A stretch of DNA of 64,000 nt from a virus (taxonomy: Duplodnaviria; Heunggongvirae; Uroviricota; Caudoviricetes): positions 90,811 through 154,810 of IMG/VR virus record IMGVR_UViG_3300021387_000529; one strand, written 5' to 3'. Shown here piece after piece: positions 9,280 through 19,626 of this stretch. The translations under genes and the position numbers were made by a program. Under the pieces are notes generated by a model, which was not told the DNA's origin, did no database searches, and saw only the letters and a program-made list of their open reading frames with translations. Position 1 is the first letter of the stretch. The number at the start of each line of letters is the position of its first letter.

Positions 9280-10131
9280 CTACCGAAGTAAGGCCAAAAC
9301 ATTCTGTGACTGTGAGTTTGCATTTGCAAGCATTGCAGTTGCAGACTGCTGCAAAATCTGGTTTTTAGTGTATTCAACCATTGATTTTGCCATATCTTCA
9401 TCACGAATGATAGACTCAGAAGATGTAATATTTTCGGCTGCGACATCAATTCCTTTCTTAGCTGTTTCCATTCTGTTTTGTACAGCACCTAAATCAGCAC
9501 GTTGTTTGTTTACAGCTTTCAATGCTTCATCAATTGTTGCAATTGTTGAATTAGCTTCGTCTGCAGACGCAATTGAAATTGTGTTTCCTTCTTCGCCCTG
9601 AATACCAGTTAAACCAAGAGCTGAAGCAGTTGCTGATGCTACATTGATTGAAATATTCTGGTCAACATTTGCACCAATCTGGAAACTCATTGCAATACCA
9701 CCTTCTTTTGCAAAGCGGCCTGTAAGCATGTTCATACCATTGAATTGAGCTGAAGAAGCAATACGGTCAACTTCTGAAACAAGCTGTGATACTTCTACTT
9801 GAATCTGCATTCTGTCTTCATCTGTATACAAACCATTTGCTGACTGAACAGCAAGCTCACGAATACGCTGAAGAATATCACCAGTTTCTGCAAGATAACC
9901 TTCTGTTGTCTGAATAAATGAAACACCATTTTGCACATTTCTTGAAGCCTGATTAAGACCACGAATTTGTGAACGCATCTTTTCCGAAATGGCAAGACCC
10001 GCAGCATCATCACCAGCTTTATTGATTTTCTGTCCTGATGAAAGTTTTTCCATTGATGACTGAAGAGCATTTGTGTTCAAGTTTTCCATTCTTGAAGCGA
10101 AAATGCTGCTCATATTATGATTGATAATCAT
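9280..10131 (-). CDS. flaB: Flagellin, spirochete FlaB-type filament core protein
   Basis: [77 protein letters not shown]; 283 aa. Confidence 0.97.
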   Translation of the reverse strand: MIINHNMSSIFASRMENLNTNALQSSMEKLSSGQKINKAGDDAAGLAISEKMRSQIRGLNQASRNVQNGVSFIQTTEGYLAETGDILQRIRELAVQSANGLYTDEDRMQIQVEVSQLVSEVDRIASSAQFNGMNMLTGRFAKEGGIAMSFQIGANVDQNISINVASATASALGLTGIQGEEGNTISIASADEANSTIATIDEALKAVNKQRADLGAVQNRMETAKKGIDVAAENITSSESIIRDEDMAKSMVEYTKNQILQQSATAMLANANSQSQNVLALLR

Positions 10132-10178
10132 TAAATCCTTCCTTGGAATTTTTCTGACTTTCCATTGTCTATATTATA

Positions 10179-10206
10179 TTATCGGCATAATTTAGCATAA
10201 AGTTTA
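10179..10206 (-). promoter_or_regulatory. sigma28 (FliA) promoter of flaB
   Basis: Minus strand TAAA-N16-GCCGATAA. Confidence 0.8.
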
Positions 10207-10213
10207 ATGTTTT

Positions 10214-10378
10214 TTAAACTAATAAATCAATTTTACTTTGTGCCTCTTCTTGTGGAGTTTGGATGTTTTCGATAGCCTCAGTTGCGCGTTCTTCTGTACG
10301 TTCTTTTATAGCTTCCTGAGGCTTTCCTTCTAACTGTGAAGCCAAAGATTGTGGCTTTACAATAGCTGAAACTTCCAT
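10214..10378 (-). CDS. Small protein (54 aa, MEVSAIVK...KIDLLV)
   Basis: GAGGT RBS; open frame below the ORF-track cutoff. Confidence 0.55.
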   Translation of the reverse strand: MEVSAIVKPQSLASQLEGKPQEAIKERTEERATEAIENIQTPQEEAQSKIDLLV

Positions 10379-10403
10379 AAGCAATACCTCTAAATAAGAT
10401 TAA

Positions 10404-11024
10404 TTACATTCCAAATTTATCCAAAATTCTTTTTCCAAGATAATAAAGGAAATCACTATCGAGCCTTGACTTAAAGAGAGCATTAACAATTGTCTTTGCC
10501 ATTGTAGCATAAGCGCCATCTTGCTCAACTTCATTAAAAATACTAGTAAGATTTTTGCGAAGCTCATTCAATCGTTCTGTAGAGCAATTTCCTTCATTCA
10601 AAGTAGACTCATGCAATGGTGAGTTAAAAATATCATCAACAAGAGCCTCACCTTTTTTAGTAAGCTTATAGCTGTTTCTTTCGCTCATCGTTGTGTCAAG
10701 AAGGTCTGTTTTCTTCAATGCTGTAAAGAAATTGCTAAAATAGTTTGGTGGCAAACCAATGCCATCAAGAATTTCTCTACGTGTGCATCCTGGATGCTCA
10801 GCAATAAATTTCAAAGCTTTTGCGCCACGCATGTTTGGTTTCATGTTTGTAAAGTGGTATGCTTGTGTGGCCCAAGCTCCACCTAATGCAAGTTTACTAT
10901 CATTCGCACGAGAAAAATTTTTTGGATGTCCAATAGACTTTACTTTTCCATATTTTGCAACTGTTCCCCATTGTGTATAACCAACATTGTGATGTTCATC
11001 ATCATATAACTGTTCAGGTGTCAT
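10404..11024 (-). CDS. Hypothetical protein with winged-HTH-like segment
   Basis: LKFIAEHPGCTRREIL...YKLTKKGEAL; AGGAG RBS. Confidence 0.6.
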   Translation of the reverse strand: MTPEQLYDDEHHNVGYTQWGTVAKYGKVKSIGHPKNFSRANDSKLALGGAWATQAYHFTNMKPNMRGAKALKFIAEHPGCTRREILDGIGLPPNYFSNFFTALKKTDLLDTTMSERNSYKLTKKGEALVDDIFNSPLHESTLNEGNCSTERLNELRKNLTSIFNEVEQDGAYATMAKTIVNALFKSRLDSDFLYYLGKRILDKFGM

Positions 11025-11055
11025 TCTAATTTCTCCTATATGTATTTAAATTAGT

Positions 11056-11089
11056 AAAAGACACCTGAAAATAAACAGGTGTCTTTTTT
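11056..11089 (-). terminator. Terminator after clpP
   Basis: AAAAGACACCTG-N7-CAGGTGTCTTTT. Confidence 0.7.
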
Positions 11090-11091
11090 AA

Positions 11092-11847
11092 TTATTCTGC
11101 TGCGTCAGGAGTAACTGCAGGTTTATCTTCTACAGGCTTTGACTTATTATTTTTTGTCTTTTTTGTTGATTTCACAATTGTAGGCGCATTCTCAATTTTC
11201 TTGAATTCTTCGCTCATCAATTTCTGATATTTATCAACAATTTCATTCATTGCATCCTGTTTTGCCATAGCATCTGCCTGGAAATTGTTAAGACGCTGAA
11301 CTGTCTCTTCAGATGAGAACCAAAAGTCTTTGCCATCAAGACATTGTTGGATTTCAGCTTCAGTCAAGAAATTCTTATAAATTTCTCTAAATTGAGGTTC
11401 CCAAACTTTTTCGTCAAATTTAAGCTGTTCTTTCAATTCATTCCATTTTCCATAAGTCCAAGATGTCCAAGCATGTATCATAACACGACAATGAGGGAAA
11501 ACTTTCCAAGTGTCAGCAGCAAGCATAATCATAGTCGCAGCTGAAGCACACATTCCTTCAATCCAGAATTCAACATATGCATCTGACAAATGAAGCGCAT
11601 CAAAAATGTTCAATGCAACATTTACATCACCACCATAGCAATTGCAATGTACACGAATTGTATCATCAGCACGAGCGCTTGAAACTTCACGTAAAAAGTC
11701 AATATAGTCTTCAACTGAGTCAATTTCTTCAGTTAAGAAAAAGTCGACTAGTTTTCCTTTATCTGTCTCAGATACACGAAGAACATCATTTTTGACATAT
11801 TCTTCATCAGATTTCATCTTTTTACAATTGTTATGAATAATTCCCAC
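11092..11847 (-). CDS. clpP: ClpP-family serine protease
   Basis: NCYGGDV, GMCASAATMI (catalytic Ser), VMIHA (His), DFWFSSEE. Confidence 0.88.
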   Translation of the reverse strand: MGIIHNNCKKMKSDEEYVKNDVLRVSETDKGKLVDFFLTEEIDSVEDYIDFLREVSSARADDTIRVHCNCYGGDVNVALNIFDALHLSDAYVEFWIEGMCASAATMIMLAADTWKVFPHCRVMIHAWTSWTYGKWNELKEQLKFDEKVWEPQFREIYKNFLTEAEIQQCLDGKDFWFSSEETVQRLNNFQADAMAKQDAMNEIVDKYQKLMSEEFKKIENAPTIVKSTKKTKNNKSKPVEDKPAVTPDAAE

Positions 11848-11910
11848 TACTATTATCTCCTTTAGTGTATATATTATAATATATTAATATTGAGAATTTC
11901 AGTATGTCTC

Positions 11911-11984
11911 TATATTACTATAATTTAAAATCTATAGGGTTTTCAAGTTTACTTACCCTTTTAAAGATTATTTAAACAGGTAAG
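11911..11984. repeat. Copy 1 of a dispersed two-hairpin element (copy 2 at 42208-42282)
   Basis: Identical 29-nt and 33-nt blocks. Confidence 0.85.
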
Positions 11985-12413
11985 TAACCATGTTTTCAAT
12001 TCATCATAATTTTCTCTATTATATAAAAAATCATTTTTAGGACTATATTCAGTATTCCAATTTTGGAACATATTATTATAAATGCCTAATTTTTTAAGTA
12101 AATCAATTCTCTCATAATTTGTAAATTTTTCGTCAATGTAAATTTTTATGTATAAGTCTTTTTCAAAATTTATAAACTTATCTGAGTATGAATTCACAAT
12201 AATTATCTTATCATTATGTGATTTTTCTTGGTTCAAAATTGATGTAGCCATAAATTCATAATGTTTTTCAAAAGTTTTTCCATTTGACATTTTTATATTT
12301 TTATCGATGTCTTCATAATGAAATACATTTGGAAAATCTTTTAATAGCTGATTTGATAAAGTTGATTTACCACTTCCAGAAGGACCAATGATAATTAAAA
12401 ATCTTGTGTTCAT
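11961..12413 (-). CDS. P-loop nucleotide kinase-like protein
   Basis: IIIGPSGSGKSTL near the N terminus. Confidence 0.65.
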   Translation of the reverse strand: MNTRFLIIIGPSGSGKSTLSNQLLKDFPNVFHYEDIDKNIKMSNGKTFEKHYEFMATSILNQEKSHNDKIIIVNSYSDKFINFEKDLYIKIYIDEKFTNYERIDLLKKLGIYNNMFQNWNTEYSPKNDFLYNRENYDELKTWLLTCLNNL

Positions 12414-12431
12414 TGTTAATATAGTTATATT

Positions 12432-12995
12432 ATGGGAAGAAGCAAACCAGTCTTTTATGAAGACACTCCAGACGAATTATATACAGTTGAAAAAACATAC
12501 TCAGAAGCAGAAGAGACACTCATAAAATTTGTTGAGAAGAAAATTGCTCAAATGAATGAGTCTCTTTTATTCAATGGTGATGACACGCCTGGTTTTGGAA
12601 AATTAAATCAGGCTTTGATGGAATATGAAAGTGTCATGCTTGGTCTTTTGACGTTGCATCAAGAAGCTCGTTTTAAGGCATCAGTCGCTCAGGAAAAATA
12701 CGATAATTTTTATGCTGAGAAATTTATTGAAGTTAAGACACGTGATGCGACATTAAATCCAAAGAAAATGATGGCTGCAAAAGAAATTGAAATGGCTGTT
12801 CGTAAAGAGAACATGACACAGCTTGCAAAATTGAAAGCAGATGTCCTTGAAACTGAAAATGAATACAATTTTATCAACCATCTTGTTGAAAGTTGGAAAG
12901 GCTATCAGTTTATCCTTGGAACATTGTCACGCAATTCACAAGCTGAAGCAGCAGCAACTGGCGTAGCATATCAAAATCCTTATGATGGAAACTAA
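12432..12995 (+). CDS. Helical phage protein, possibly a UvsY-like recombination mediator
   Basis: Size and C-terminal pattern (AKEIEMAV...FINHLVESWKGYQFIL) loosely resemble T4 UvsY. Confidence 0.4.
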   Translation: MGRSKPVFYEDTPDELYTVEKTYSEAEETLIKFVEKKIAQMNESLLFNGDDTPGFGKLNQALMEYESVMLGLLTLHQEARFKASVAQEKYDNFYAEKFIEVKTRDATLNPKKMMAAKEIEMAVRKENMTQLAKLKADVLETENEYNFINHLVESWKGYQFILGTLSRNSQAEAAATGVAYQNPYDGN

Positions 12996-13003
12996 TAAAA
13001 TAT

Positions 13004-13813
13004 ATGTTAGTTCCAAATAGTTTTTTTAGCTCAGACTTAGCGCAAAAGTATTTTATGACAAATAATATGATTGCGCTCAAAATTACAAATGAATGCCCTT
13101 TAGCATGCGCACACTGTCGTGAAAATGCATCTATGGACAATAAAGGCGTTGTCTCAAAAGAAGTTATTGACACAGTCATAAAACAAATTGTTGATGGTGG
13201 CGATGCTGATAAATGGGTTGTTTGTTTACAAGGTGGTGACCCATTATTATATCCAGACATTTGTGAGTATGTAGTTAAAGAATGTCAAAAACATAACATT
13301 GCAACAAATGTTTATACATCTGGTTGGTGGTGGAAAGAACATAAAAAATATGTGCCAATGATTTTAAATTGGAAGCCAACAATTGTTACAATTTCTGTGA
13401 ATGATTGGACAATTGAAAAGAATAACTGCGGTTTACAATATGTTGATACGATTGCAGAATATTTTCAAAGTAATGACACACCTATTTTGTTATATTCAGA
13501 GGTAAATTTAGACGGCGCAAAGTGGGGCCAACAATGTAAGTATAAAACATGCACAATTGCATATGAACTTGCAAAAGTTGGTCGTGCAAAAAATCTCGTT
13601 GGAACATATAAAGCACAAGGTAAAATAGAACGATGGATGGATACGTCTATTTGTGTATTAAGTGGTTTTGAAATAGGGATTGATGGAACAATATATCCAA
13701 ATTGTTGTGCAGCTTCTGGTGGCCCATGCAGATTTGGAAATGTTCTAAATGGCGACAATGTTTCAAAATTACGTGAGATAAACAGACATTCTAAAAAATG
13801 TAATATCTCATAA
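13004..13813 (+). CDS. Radical SAM protein
   Basis: TNECPLACAHC, QGGDP, TSGWW, C-terminal Cys cluster. Confidence 0.88.
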   Translation: MLVPNSFFSSDLAQKYFMTNNMIALKITNECPLACAHCRENASMDNKGVVSKEVIDTVIKQIVDGGDADKWVVCLQGGDPLLYPDICEYVVKECQKHNIATNVYTSGWWWKEHKKYVPMILNWKPTIVTISVNDWTIEKNNCGLQYVDTIAEYFQSNDTPILLYSEVNLDGAKWGQQCKYKTCTIAYELAKVGRAKNLVGTYKAQGKIERWMDTSICVLSGFEIGIDGTIYPNCCAASGGPCRFGNVLNGDNVSKLREINRHSKKCNIS

Positions 13814-14734
13814 ATATAAGTCTGAATAGTCTAAATTAGAACAACTAAAATGCTTACTTGGAGCATATTGAAATTTTTTCACACCAGGTGGCAATTTGTC
13901 ATCACTGCAACAGTTGAAGTCTGGATGTTCATCACACCACCACTCATTTGGAAAAACGTGAAAATATTCAAAGTTTTTTCCACAAGTAGTCAAATCATAA
14001 TTTTTGTCAAATACTGACGCAAAATTACAACTTATTTTTGAGTCATGACAACAATCAAATCCAATATCTCCATTTGGTTTTATAGAACATGCTACTTTGT
14101 GGCAACTTCCATAGTTAATTCTTTCTACATTTTTATCTTTATCATAGTCTGCTCTTCCCATTTCAAGAATTCCATCTTCATGAACTCTTAAATTTGGATA
14201 TAGACTTTTTAGTCTTTCAACTTTCGGATTTCCAATGAAAGAGCATGGAACAATATGTGTGTCATTTTGGAATTCATCTATGATTGGAATTATGTCCCTA
14301 TCTACATCATTATCATGGTAATTATCAACTGATAAGAAAATTAAATATGGCTTTACATTTTCATGTATACGTTTTCTTATCTCAGGGTTTGAGCCCCACC
14401 AACCATTTGAAAAAAGACTGACATCAAAATTTAATTCATGAACTTTTTTCGCCAAATATTCACATTTATCTAATTCAAGTGTTGGCTCACCTCCATATAG
14501 ACAAACAACAGGTTTTATTTTAGTCTTCTTAAAATCTTTAAGTTTTTCGACAAATGCGTCAATTACTTTATAAGAAATATTCCAACTATCATCACATGTG
14601 TGTTGAGCAGAATATGAACAAATTGAACATGAATAATTGCATCTGATTGTCATTAAAACATAGAAACCATAGCCTTTAATTGAACGTGCAAAATGGTATC
14701 TATAAGCTTCCTGATTTTCTTCATAAGAAAACAT
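13808..14734 (-). CDS. Radical SAM protein
   Basis: TIRCNYSCSIC, YGGEP, SNGWWG, LSVDNYH. Confidence 0.88.
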   Translation of the reverse strand: MFSYEENQEAYRYHFARSIKGYGFYVLMTIRCNYSCSICSYSAQHTCDDSWNISYKVIDAFVEKLKDFKKTKIKPVVCLYGGEPTLELDKCEYLAKKVHELNFDVSLFSNGWWGSNPEIRKRIHENVKPYLIFLSVDNYHDNDVDRDIIPIIDEFQNDTHIVPCSFIGNPKVERLKSLYPNLRVHEDGILEMGRADYDKDKNVERINYGSCHKVACSIKPNGDIGFDCCHDSKISCNFASVFDKNYDLTTCGKNFEYFHVFPNEWWCDEHPDFNCCSDDKLPPGVKKFQYAPSKHFSCSNLDYSDLYL

Positions 14735-14757
14735 ATAAAATTAGTAACTAAATCAAT

Positions 14758-15654
14758 ATGATTAAATTTGACTTCAATGACTTGGCTGACCTTGCGATGA
14801 ATGACTATAATAGACTTACATTTGAAATTATTATCACAAAAAAGTGCAATAGTAATTGTCCTCATTGCTTTATGGAAGGAAGCCAAGATGGAGTTATTAC
14901 AAAAGATATAATTGATATTGCTCTTGAAAAATGTAAAAAATTGAAAGATGATAATTGGATTGAGTTATTCGGTGGTGAGCCTATGCTTGAGCCAGAACTA
15001 TGTGCGTATACTTCTCAAAAAGCACATGAGCTTGGATTGAAAGTTTCATTATACACAAATGGATATTGGGGCAATTCACAGAAATTGATGGAATATGTTT
15101 GTAATGAAATAAAACCAGACTTTATTTTGATGTCAATAGATGACTTCCATACAATTCCAGACAGTTCTATAATGAGTATCTTAGAATTTTTTAATAATGG
15201 CAATACACCAAAAATTGGAATTTCTGCAGTAAAAGACCATTGCTCTAAATTAGAGACAAAATTTTTGCCAGCTTTTCCAGACTTAAATGTGTATTATATA
15301 CGTCTTCATGAAGTTGGAAAAAGCGTAAAATATGAGAATAATGAAAAAGACTATTGTAGAATAGAAGGTTGGATTATTTGCCCAGACGGAGATGTCAGAA
15401 TGGCATGTGAAAAAGGATATAAAGCATGCCGAGCTGGAAATATAAAAACATTAGATATTGTTAAGGCATATGATACTATAAAAGACATGTTTTTAGCATT
15501 TATGAGTGGCACACATTTATATGATTTTTGTAATAAAAATACAATAAATATTTTTGACAAGTCAACATTGTTAAGAAAAGACATTAAAATAATGTCATTA
15601 GCAGAAATAACTGCAAAAAAGTCGAATCTTAGAAAAGCTGTACTTACTGATTAA
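14758..15654 (+). CDS. Radical SAM protein
   Basis: TKKCNSNCPHC, FGGEP, TNGYWG, MSIDDFH. Confidence 0.88.
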   Translation: MIKFDFNDLADLAMNDYNRLTFEIIITKKCNSNCPHCFMEGSQDGVITKDIIDIALEKCKKLKDDNWIELFGGEPMLEPELCAYTSQKAHELGLKVSLYTNGYWGNSQKLMEYVCNEIKPDFILMSIDDFHTIPDSSIMSILEFFNNGNTPKIGISAVKDHCSKLETKFLPAFPDLNVYYIRLHEVGKSVKYENNEKDYCRIEGWIICPDGDVRMACEKGYKACRAGNIKTLDIVKAYDTIKDMFLAFMSGTHLYDFCNKNTINIFDKSTLLRKDIKIMSLAEITAKKSNLRKAVLTD

Positions 15655-15729
15655 TATAAATAACTAGATAATTTATATTATGTGGGAGAATAAAGCTCAC
15701 CTTTAATGGTGAGCATTTTTATCTAAAAG

Positions 15730-16497
15730 ATGAGTAAAAAAGTTTATAGAATTTTAATTGCAAGTGTTGTAGGAATTTGGGTGTTAGTTGTTATTGCTTT
15801 AGCATCATGCATGCGTTTATCAGCAAAAGAAGCAAACTTAGCGAGACAGGAAAATGCAATATATGTTCCATTACCAGAAAGATACAGACTTGAGCATGAG
15901 CATTTGAAAACAACTGAAATGGCAGAATACGCATCAAAAATTGTAAATATTCGCGCTATTAGATGTGAAGATATAGAATTCACATTCGAAGATGCATATG
16001 ACATTTTATACAAAATCGCATTTTATTCTGACAAGTATGACTTGTCATTAGTTGATGGTTTAATTATAGTTCATGTTGAGAGTGACTTCAAAGCTGATGC
16101 ATATAATCGATGGGGAAAAGCATATGGACTATGCCAAGTTACTAAGCCTTGTTTAGAAGAATACAACTGGAAACATGGAACCGACTACACTCTTGAAGAC
16201 ATGTATGATGTTAGCCTTAATTTAGAGGTTGGCTTTTGGTATTACAATAGAATTTTAACAAACTATGACAACCGCTATAATTATATAACAACAACATCAG
16301 ATGATAAGAAAATACGTGATGCTTATATTGCATACAATATTGGCGTTACAGTTTTTGATAAAGTTGGACGAGATGGAAGAAATATGCTTCGCAATGGAAA
16401 ATTTCCAATGAACGCATATGGTTATAGAAAAGGTGAAACTTATAGGCCAGTTCTTCGCCTATATGAAGTTTTAGATGATTGGGATTACTATTCATGA
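15730..16497 (+). CDS. Lytic transglycosylase (SLT domain) with N-terminal membrane anchor
   Basis: IVHVESDF, AYGLCQV, NLEVGFWY, AYNIG. Confidence 0.85.
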   Translation: MSKKVYRILIASVVGIWVLVVIALASCMRLSAKEANLARQENAIYVPLPERYRLEHEHLKTTEMAEYASKIVNIRAIRCEDIEFTFEDAYDILYKIAFYSDKYDLSLVDGLIIVHVESDFKADAYNRWGKAYGLCQVTKPCLEEYNWKHGTDYTLEDMYDVSLNLEVGFWYYNRILTNYDNRYNYITTTSDDKKIRDAYIAYNIGVTVFDKVGRDGRNMLRNGKFPMNAYGYRKGETYRPVLRLYEVLDDWDYYS

Positions 16498-16946
16498 AAA
16501 AGCCTGACTTGACAGAAATTGTCTGTAAAATTACTGGTGAAAAAGCTTTAATGTTTGTATCACATTGGGCAACAGATGATGATGTTTATAATGTCTCTTT
16601 TGTAAAAGAAAAATACGCGCATATAGAAAAACTTCAAAAACTTGATACTTTAATTCTAGATGGCTGGAAATTACGTGATCTTTGTAAATGGGTTCTCAAT
16701 CTTAAAAAAGGCGAATGGGACTCAAATGACTTCTTTTCTTCTAAAGGCAGCTTAGTTCTCGAATGCAATTGCCATAATGAAATGCTCATCACATATTATG
16801 ACTATGAAAGCGACATTATATATTTTGAGATTTTTGACAATTATTGGCTAAAACGAAAATATCGTAAAAAGATTACATCTGAGTTTTCAATTTGTAGAGA
16901 GGACGCACAAAAATCATTTAAGCTTCTTTTGAACATTTTTAAATAG
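16494..16946 (+). CDS. Hypothetical protein
   Basis: ATGA coupling. Confidence 0.6.
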   Translation: MKKPDLTEIVCKITGEKALMFVSHWATDDDVYNVSFVKEKYAHIEKLQKLDTLILDGWKLRDLCKWVLNLKKGEWDSNDFFSSKGSLVLECNCHNEMLITYYDYESDIIYFEIFDNYWLKRKYRKKITSEFSICREDAQKSFKLLLNIFK

Positions 16947-16966
16947 TTTCATATATTATTTACGTA
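16929..16966 (+). promoter_or_regulatory. Repeated sigma70-type phage promoter (leaderless downstream gene)
   Basis: TTGAAC-N17-TATATT...CGTATG. Confidence 0.75.
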
Positions 16967-17355
16967 TGATAACAGCTGAAAAGAAAGCAGAATTATTGAA
17001 AAGAGCACGAAAAAATGGTTTCATAAAAGTTTCAGTAAAATATGAAAGGGATGTTTCAGGCGGAACAGCTAAAAGAAAGCTCAACGGTGAAGCAACCTTC
17101 ATTATCAAAAAATCTGATAAAATTGAGACTGTGTGCCGTGCACTTATCAAAAAGTTTAGAGCAAAATTTGGACCAGGCTGTATAATTTGGTTTAAGCAGA
17201 ATGATGTCAATATTGAGCCAGCTGTTGAAGGAGTAGACTATGAATTGGCAATCACGAGCAGAGCAAAACGCTTCAAAGCTCGCAATCCGAAGGTTAAAAA
17301 ACCGCAGACAAATTATGAAGTAGTTGCAAAAAAAATTGCCAAGGAGCAGGCATAA
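16966..17355 (+). CDS. Basic hypothetical protein
   Basis: 129 aa ORF. Confidence 0.65.
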   Translation: MITAEKKAELLKRARKNGFIKVSVKYERDVSGGTAKRKLNGEATFIIKKSDKIETVCRALIKKFRAKFGPGCIIWFKQNDVNIEPAVEGVDYELAITSRAKRFKARNPKVKKPQTNYEVVAKKIAKEQA

Positions 17356-17356
17356 A

Positions 17357-17731
17357 ATGTATTTCAGGAAAAAAAGAAAGACGCTGAAAGAACAGTTGCG
17401 AAATTATTATTCTGAAGAAGCTCGACAAAAACGTAAGCCCATGAAAGTGCCGTTTTATATTCTTATTGACGACACTGATGGAAAAGTAATGACATTCCAT
17501 AGTCAATTTTACAATCATTATGCGAATGACAAAGAATTCCATGCTCCTCGCAGAATGAAGTATATTGAAACAGCAATCAGGTTTAAGGATGAAGTTTCAG
17601 AAGCTGAAAAGAAATACAAAAACATCAAAATCGTTCGTGTTACGACAACGATAAAAGCAACTCTTGAAGCTGCGTCACAAGGTTTGTTGAAGCAGAACAG
17701 CATTCAGGAAATTTTTTGGGAGTTTAATTAA
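17357..17731 (+). CDS. Hypothetical protein
   Basis: AGGAG RBS, ATG 17357. Confidence 0.6.
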   Translation: MYFRKKRKTLKEQLRNYYSEEARQKRKPMKVPFYILIDDTDGKVMTFHSQFYNHYANDKEFHAPRRMKYIETAIRFKDEVSEAEKKYKNIKIVRVTTTIKATLEAASQGLLKQNSIQEIFWEFN

Positions 17732-17746
17732 TCTATCTATAATATT

Positions 17747-18130
17747 ATGGAAGAACTTAAGTTTTACGGTTGGACCGACTTTGACAATTACAACTATCCA
17801 GACTTTGAGAAAGAAAACTTTCCAAACTTGAGTATGAGCCAATTCATGGAATTAAGCGAAAAAATTCGCCGTGTAGTTGTTGACCATATCCGTGAGAAAG
17901 GAATTAAGTTTGAAGGTGGCTATCATCAAAATGGAGATGATGGTTGTCCTCTTGTTCAGGTTGGTAATAAAATTGTTCGTGAAACATGTTCTTTTAGATT
18001 TTGGGGTGGAATTATAGCAGATGCAGGTTATGGTGAGTCTTATATTGATTGGGCGTGGAGTGATGCAGAAGATCCAGTTTATCCGCATTGCGTTAAAGGA
18101 GAGAATATCATTGTTCGGGAAGACTTGTAA
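17747..18130 (+). CDS. Hypothetical phage protein
   Basis: 127 aa ORF. Confidence 0.65.
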   Translation: MEELKFYGWTDFDNYNYPDFEKENFPNLSMSQFMELSEKIRRVVVDHIREKGIKFEGGYHQNGDDGCPLVQVGNKIVRETCSFRFWGGIIADAGYGESYIDWAWSDAEDPVYPHCVKGENIIVREDL

Positions 18131-18137
18131 AAGAAGA

Positions 18138-18395
18138 ATGACAATCTTTGAGAGGATTACTAAAACTAACCTCTATCGTATTTATTGTCCAGAATGCTCT
18201 GTTAAAAATGATAAACCAACTGCGTCATTACATCATGTGTATGATAAAGTTTATAAGAAAGATAAATTTTATTTGAAGTGCAATAAATGTAAATTAGCAA
18301 CTCCAGCATATGAAAATGACAAAGAAATCTTTGAACATTGGGACTATTACTTCACTAAGAAAGAAGACAAGCTCTTTGATGATGATGAGGACTAA
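18138..18395 (+). CDS. Small zinc-ribbon protein
   Basis: CPEC...CNKC. Confidence 0.6.
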   Translation: MTIFERITKTNLYRIYCPECSVKNDKPTASLHHVYDKVYKKDKFYLKCNKCKLATPAYENDKEIFEHWDYYFTKKEDKLFDDDED

Positions 18396-18397
18396 CT

Positions 18398-19147
18398 ATG
18401 GAAGATGAGACAATTTTAGAAGCATCACTTGAAAAAATCAAAAACTCAGAAGGTTGGGCTCGTGCTGATGAAATTGCCTACCTTATCAAGGTGATTGACG
18501 AACATCCAGGTATTCTTAGAAGAGCTATGAAGCGCTATCCTTATTTGGAATTAAGGAATGTTTTCAGTGATGAATTGTGCTATCCAGAAGACTCTGAGGA
18601 ATATCTGAGAGCAAACCATTGGACTTCTTGGAATGACAGTGGCTGGGAATACATTTGGAAACGTCTTATGATTGAGACGATGATTGTATACGATAACATG
18701 CCTGATGGGGCAAAAGAGTCTTTCAGAATTCTTGATACTAAAGAAAAGTATGGCTCTTTACGTATTTCATTTAGTGGTTACAATGAAGAGCTCAATACGC
18801 TTGAAACAGAAGCATCATTGCTTTCACAAATAACTTGTTTGAATTGTGGAAAAGTTTCACATGACAGCAAAGGAAACGCTCTCATCTACACAACTCGCGG
18901 TTGGATTGTTCCATATTGCCGCAAATGTTTCGATAATGATTGGAGCAGATCTCAAAAGAATATGACAAAAAAAGAGAAGCACGAATTACGAGAGCATCGT
19001 GCTTTATGTAGAGAAGTCTATAAGCAGTTCAGAACAGAACATTGGTCGCGTGATGACCATCATTATACAATTTGGAAATATCAATATGGCTGGGTCTATC
19101 CAGTAAAAACAGTTCCAATTATTGATGATAACAAAAAGGAAAGCTAA
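18398..19147 (+). CDS. Phage protein with KEKYGSLR motif and CxxC pairs
   Basis: KEKYGSLR, CLNCG, CRKC. Confidence 0.65.
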   Translation: MEDETILEASLEKIKNSEGWARADEIAYLIKVIDEHPGILRRAMKRYPYLELRNVFSDELCYPEDSEEYLRANHWTSWNDSGWEYIWKRLMIETMIVYDNMPDGAKESFRILDTKEKYGSLRISFSGYNEELNTLETEASLLSQITCLNCGKVSHDSKGNALIYTTRGWIVPYCRKCFDNDWSRSQKNMTKKEKHELREHRALCREVYKQFRTEHWSRDDHHYTIWKYQYGWVYPVKTVPIIDDNKKES

Positions 19148-19149
19148 AA

Positions 19150-19626
19150 ATGAATGAAATTATCACTATTAAAGACGAGCCTTTTAGAAAAGGTTTTGCA
19201 ATCAAAATGTCAAATGCTCAGACTGCATCAGAGTATTTTTCATATTATTTGGAGAATGTTATTACAAATGTTGGAAAAGTAGTTGAGTTCCCAAAAGAAG
19301 ACCCTCGAACATTGGTCTATGTTGCTGAAGCTCGCGATTGTAAAGACCGGCTTGAAAATTTCAAAGGTCTCTTTTTTGACAACAAGATGGACGCTGAAGA
19401 CTTGATTGAACTTGTAAATGTCTACCAAAACTATGACGAAAAACTTTGTGGTCCATTCAAAGAAGGCTGCCGTTTCAATTTTGAAATTGTTGAAACTGAA
19501 GCTCAGGTTGATAAATACACAGATTTGAAAGAAGACTTCTTAGACAAAAACAACCATATGGATTTCAATGTCGACCAAGATTTAACGAAAGCTCTGATTG
19601 ATAAAGAAATGAAGGTTGAAGGCTAG
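19150..19626 (+). CDS. Hypothetical protein
   Basis: 158 aa, RBS. Confidence 0.65.
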   Translation: MNEIITIKDEPFRKGFAIKMSNAQTASEYFSYYLENVITNVGKVVEFPKEDPRTLVYVAEARDCKDRLENFKGLFFDNKMDAEDLIELVNVYQNYDEKLCGPFKEGCRFNFEIVETEAQVDKYTDLKEDFLDKNNHMDFNVDQDLTKALIDKEMKVEG

